Below are positions 60,566 through 64,000 of a DNA stretch of 64,000 nucleotides, piece after piece; position 1 is the stretch's first letter; each line of letters opens with the position of its first letter. Where the stretch lies: NCBI GenBank assembly GCA_043747745.1, contig JAYTOP010000039.1, positions 4,353 through 68,352 on the forward strand, read 5' to 3'. The notes beneath the pieces are model-generated. The model was not told the DNA's origin, ran no database searches, and saw only the letters and a program-made list of their open reading frames with translations. The stretch comes from Pseudomonadota bacterium. Lineage in GTDB: Bacteria; Pseudomonadota; Gammaproteobacteria; Xanthomonadales; Xanthomonadaceae. Position numbers and translations under genes: made by a program.

Positions 60566-61120
60566 TTACCTCGTGCGCAAATCGCGGTACGCGCGCAGGC
60601 TCCAGCGCACAACATAGTCGATGCCGCTCGCGAACGTGAGCGCTGCAATCAGCCAGATGCCCGCGAGCAACGCGCCATCCGGCAACGGCCGCCACGCCAG
60701 TGCGACCAGCAGCGACAGAACCAATGCGATCTGCGCGACGGTGGTCGTCTTGCTCAACAGGGTCGGATTGCCTTCGACCGGACCGACGATGGCGTTGTAC
60801 GCGACAGCGCCACCGACGATGGCCAGGTCGCGTCCGACGACCAGCGCAGCCAGCCAGCCAGGTGCCGCACCGGCCAGCCACAGCCCGACGAAGCTGCCAT
60901 CGAGCAGCAGTTTGTCGGCAACCGGATCGAGCAACCCGCCCAGCCGTGTCTGCCAGCCAAAACGCTTCGCCAGCCAGCCGTCGAGCGCATCCGAAGCGCC
61001 GGCGATCAGCGCGATAGCCAGCGCGGTGCGGAAGTCCCCATCGCGCAGGCTCCACATCAGCGGCAGCACCAGCACCATGCGCGCGCCGGTAATCAGGTTG
61101 GGGAGCTGGCGCAGATTCAC
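60566..61120 (-). CDS. CDP-alcohol phosphatidyltransferase family protein
   Basis: Track ORF, 184 aa. Signature DALDGWLAKRFGWQTRLGGLLDPVADK. Confidence 0.8.
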   Translation of the reverse strand: MNLRQLPNLITGARMVLVLPLMWSLRDGDFRTALAIALIAGASDALDGWLAKRFGWQTRLGGLLDPVADKLLLDGSFVGLWLAGAAPGWLAALVVGRDLAIVGGAVAYNAIVGPVEGNPTLLSKTTTVAQIALVLSLLVALAWRPLPDGALLAGIWLIAALTFASGIDYVVRWSLRAYRDLRTR

Positions 61121-62160
61121 GGTTTCAGGCGGAACACCGGTGCGTCGCCTTCGGTTTCGAGTTCCAGCACCTGGCCAACGCCGATTACGTTGCGGAAACC
61201 TTCAATCCCCGTGGACAGATCGAGCTGCATGCGCAGGCGGTCTCCAGTCGCGCCCAGCAACACGACCTTGCGCACGATCCCGATGCCTTCCAGATAACCC
61301 ATCGCACGCACGTAATCCTCGCCCGTGCGCACGCCGTCGATTTCGATGGCGAATGTACCTGCAGGCCCGCCCACGACCGTCTTCGCATATTTTCTCGCGA
61401 GCGCATCGGCAGAGCCGTCGGCTGCGTTCGCCATTGCGAGGCGCGCGTCGGGATTGGTCTCATTCCACCGATTGAGTTCGATGCCGCCGTCGAGCAGGAT
61501 CCATTGCGCGTTCCAGCCGTTCGCGGTGCGCACGAGCTTGCCGACCAGTTGCTCCGAACCGTAGGCGGCCGACGGCAACACCACCGCCTGCGCCGGGCCC
61601 ATGCCCGCAGCCAGCAGCGCGATCTGCGATTCGACCGGCGTCCCGGACGGCACTACCACCGTCAGTCCGCGTTCGCCCGCGCGATCGGTCAGCGATTTCA
61701 CCGCATTCGCATGCGCCGAGCCGACCATGCGCGCGCCGTGGCCATCATCGATCACCAGCCACAACACCACCGGCGCGCGCGGGCCCGGCCACACTGGCAG
61801 GCCTGCGCCTGCGAGCAGTGCGTCCACGCCGCTGCGATCGAAATGTGCGGTGAACTTCTGCCGATAGATCGGCGCTCCGTTGATGGTTTCGGATTCCGCG
61901 CTGTAGCGCGAGTCCTGCGCGAGGTGGCCCGCAGCGCCCAGCAGGCTGCGCACCTGCGGCAGCGATGCGGCATTGCGCTGGCCGCTCAGCTTGACGATGA
62001 CCTGGGCCAGCGCACGTTGCTGCGCGCCCGCGCGTTCGCCATTGCCCTGGCTGTTGACCAGGGTACTGCCCTCGTACAGCGAGGCATCGTCGGCGCGGGC
62101 GATGCCGACCGAGGCCAGCAGGCAGGCGGCAAGGGACAGGCGGGCAATGGCGTGGCGCAT
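61117..62160 (-). CDS. DUF2066-like secreted protein
   Basis: Track ORF, 347 aa. Signal peptide. Position between the purMN locus and the CDP-alcohol transferase gene is as I recall for other Gammaproteobacteria (from memory). Confidence 0.6.
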   Translation of the reverse strand: MRHAIARLSLAACLLASVGIARADDASLYEGSTLVNSQGNGERAGAQQRALAQVIVKLSGQRNAASLPQVRSLLGAAGHLAQDSRYSAESETINGAPIYRQKFTAHFDRSGVDALLAGAGLPVWPGPRAPVVLWLVIDDGHGARMVGSAHANAVKSLTDRAGERGLTVVVPSGTPVESQIALLAAGMGPAQAVVLPSAAYGSEQLVGKLVRTANGWNAQWILLDGGIELNRWNETNPDARLAMANAADGSADALARKYAKTVVGGPAGTFAIEIDGVRTGEDYVRAMGYLEGIGIVRKVVLLGATGDRLRMQLDLSTGIEGFRNVIGVGQVLELETEGDAPVFRLKP

Positions 62161-62254
62161 GGTTGGATCCGAAGCGAGGTCAGGCGTGGATTATGGTGGG
62201 TAATGGGGTCGGAGTGAATTTCGTCGCCCTGACCCGTTGCGCCGCGCTGCTAGA

Positions 62255-63343
62255 ATGACGTTTTCCCGCGCGGATCGACCCTTGTCCCTGCCAACGTCCA
62301 ACCCGTCCTCCACCCCACTCACCTACCGCGATGCCGGCGTCGATATCGATGCGGGCAATGCAGTCGTCGAGCGGATCAAACCGCTGGTCCAGCGCACATT
62401 CCGACCCGGTGTGATGGGCGGCCTCGGCGGTTTCGGCGCTTTGTTCGACCTGTCCGGGCGCTACAAGGAACCGGTGCTTGTCTCGGGAACCGACGGCGTC
62501 GGCACCAAGCTCAAGCTCGCGCAGCAACTGGATCGCCACGACACCATCGGCATCGACCTGGTCGGCATGTGCGTCAACGACGTGCTCGTGCAGGGTGCGG
62601 AATCGCTGTTCTTCCTCGACTACTTCGCGACCGGCAAGTTGCACGTGGACACCACGGTCGCCGTGGTCGGCGGCATCGCGCGCGGTTGCGAGCTCGCCGG
62701 TTGCGCGCTGATCGGTGGCGAAACAGCCGAGATGCCCGACATGTATCCGCCCGGCGAATACGACCTGGCCGGTTTCTGCGTCGGTGCTGTCGAGAAATCC
62801 GACATCCTCGATGGCGCGAAGGTACGAGCGGGCGACGTGCTTCTCGGCATCGCCTCGAGCGGCCCGCATTCCAACGGCTATTCGCTGATCCGGCGCATCC
62901 TGGATCGCGCCGGGCGTCCGCTCGACCTGGACATGGGCGGTGTGAGTCTCGCCGATGCACTCATGATGCCGACCACGATCTACGTCAAGCCGATCCTCGC
63001 GTTGCTCCACAGCGAGCAAGGCGAAGACATCCACGCCATGGCCCATATCACCGGTGGCGGTTTGACCGAAAACATCATCCGCGTGATCCCCGACGGGCTG
63101 GGTCTCGACATCGAGGCATCGACGATCGTGCTGCCGCCGGTGTTCGACTGGTTGCAGCGCGAAGGCGCGGTGCCGCGCGAAGAGATGTGGCGCACATTCA
63201 ATTGCGGTATCGGCTTTGTGCTGGTCGTCGCCGAAGCGATGGTCGCGGCGATCGGCGCCGAGCTCGATCGTGCCGGGCTCGCGCACCGGCCGATCGGTCG
63301 TGTGGTCGCGTCGCATGGCGACGAACGCGTCCGCATCGCTTGA
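62255..63343 (+). CDS. purM: Phosphoribosylformylglycinamidine cyclo-ligase (AIR synthetase)
   Basis: In track ORF 62237..63343. [12 protein letters not shown] near the N-terminus. The start is ambiguous (ATG 62255 sits inside a TAGAAT box; TTG 62282 is an alternative). Confidence 0.9.
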   Translation: MTFSRADRPLSLPTSNPSSTPLTYRDAGVDIDAGNAVVERIKPLVQRTFRPGVMGGLGGFGALFDLSGRYKEPVLVSGTDGVGTKLKLAQQLDRHDTIGIDLVGMCVNDVLVQGAESLFFLDYFATGKLHVDTTVAVVGGIARGCELAGCALIGGETAEMPDMYPPGEYDLAGFCVGAVEKSDILDGAKVRAGDVLLGIASSGPHSNGYSLIRRILDRAGRPLDLDMGGVSLADALMMPTTIYVKPILALLHSEQGEDIHAMAHITGGGLTENIIRVIPDGLGLDIEASTIVLPPVFDWLQREGAVPREEMWRTFNCGIGFVLVVAEAMVAAIGAELDRAGLAHRPIGRVVASHGDERVRIA

Positions 63344-63353
63344 GCTCACGCTT

Positions 63354-63377
63354 GTCCGAGTCCCGAGTCCCGATTCC
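63354..63377 (+). repeat. Short heptanucleotide tandem repeat
   Basis: GTCCGAG TCCCGAG TCCCGAT TCC, immediately after the purM stop. Confidence 0.7.
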
Positions 63378-63435
63378 TGCCTCACAAGAACGTGCCAATG
63401 CCGCGGGCGCGGGACGCGCAGGAGCGGCCGACGCC

Positions 63436-64000
63436 CTGCCTTTACGCGTCGCAGTCCTCGCATCCGGGCGCGGCAGCAATCTGCAGGCGCTGCTCGACGC
63501 CCAGCACAATGATGCGTGCCGGTTCCGCATCGCCGGAGTGTTTTCGGATCGCGCGCAGGCGCAGGCACTGGAACGCGCACGCGCGGCGAATGTGCCCGCT
63601 GTCGCGCTGAAGCCTTCCGATTACGCAACGCGCGAGGCGTTCGACGCTGCGTTGTTCGATGCGATCGATGCGGTGCATCCAGACCTGGTGGTCTGCGCAG
63701 GCTACCTGCGCGTGCTGACCGACCAGGCGGTGCAGCGTTACGCAGGCCGCATCATCAACATCCATCCATCGCTGCTGCCGCGCTTCCCGGGGCTGCGTAC
63801 GCATGCGCAGGCGCTCGTCGCAGGATCGTCCGAACACGGTGCGAGCGTGCATTACGTGATTCCGGCGCTGGATGCAGGCCCGGTCATCGCGCAGGCGCAG
63901 ATCGGCGTGCTTGCCGACGACACCCCGGCCAGCCTCGCCGCGCGCGTGCTGGAGCGCGAGCATCCGCTGCTGCTTCGCTGCGTGGAATGGATCGCGACCG
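63436..64000 (+). CDS. purN: Phosphoribosylglycinamide formyltransferase (3' end beyond window; start unresolved)
   Basis: My translation: (L)PLRVAVLASGRGSNLQALLDA...IINIHPSLLPRFPGL...HGASVHYVIPALDAGPVI. Not in the track because no stop lies in the window. No ATG or GTG lies in frame between 63340 and the conserved core; the only in-frame TTGs are 63340 and 63352. Confidence 0.85.
   Translation, partial: MPLRVAVLASGRGSNLQALLDAQHNDACRFRIAGVFSDRAQAQALERARAANVPAVALKPSDYATREAFDAALFDAIDAVHPDLVVCAGYLRVLTDQAVQRYAGRIINIHPSLLPRFPGLRTHAQALVAGSSEHGASVHYVIPALDAGPVIAQAQIGVLADDTPASLAARVLEREHPLLLRCVEWIAT

Noticed and set aside
62180-63628. 482-aa minus-strand ORF over purM. Similar long shadow ORFs include 31145..32833(-), 20076..21158(-), 40027..41787(-) and 24849..26846(+).
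   Set aside because: All of them overlap strongly conserved genes on the other strand and have Arg/His/Asp/Gly-rich shadow-frame composition.

Overview
This is a high-GC (~65% by eye) proteobacterial chromosome segment. Its gene content looks Xanthomonadales/Rhodanobacter-like; I infer this from MurD2/MurL, a fused aspartokinase-LysA, xanB and a raxPQ-like cysD-cysNC, with no database search. Most of the window is core metabolism. In order it holds corC and corA, three S9 serine peptidases around a POT peptide transporter, and ssb-rfbBACD. Then come ispB, a TMTC-like TPR membrane protein, lysA-murL-murD2, an EF-G paralogue, and a run of envelope proteins of unknown function. The second half holds a SET-domain protein, a suf operon (Rrf2-sufB-orf-sufCDS-orf-GNAT-Rieske), an M20 peptidase, xanB-cysD-cysNC, amgK-murU, hda, an AI-2E transporter, and purM-purN. 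Unusual parts: (1) a 1.3-kb low-GC islet (lipoprotein + zinc-ribbon/HNH nuclease + a 39-aa ORF missing from the track) sits between two convergent core genes. (2) A ~270-350-nt structured repeat lies directly 3' of genes; two copies differ by compensatory changes in hairpins. (3) Inverted heptanucleotide arrays lie at the corC/DUF4105 junction, and the DUF4105 (Lnb-like) gene occupies the slot usually held by lnt and has no clean start codon. (4) The rfbA-rfbC spacer is built from decayed copies of an ATGA stop/start junction. (5) A lower-GC TonB_C-like gene is inserted between sufB and sufC. (6) A partial signal-peptide RHS/YD protein lies at the left edge. (7) There are gene remnants and frameshifted small ORFs. 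I saw no rRNA, tRNA, CRISPR array, integrase or transposase. All calls rest on motif recognition and reading the sequence by eye. Start codons were chosen by homology logic and SD spacing and are less certain than the product calls.
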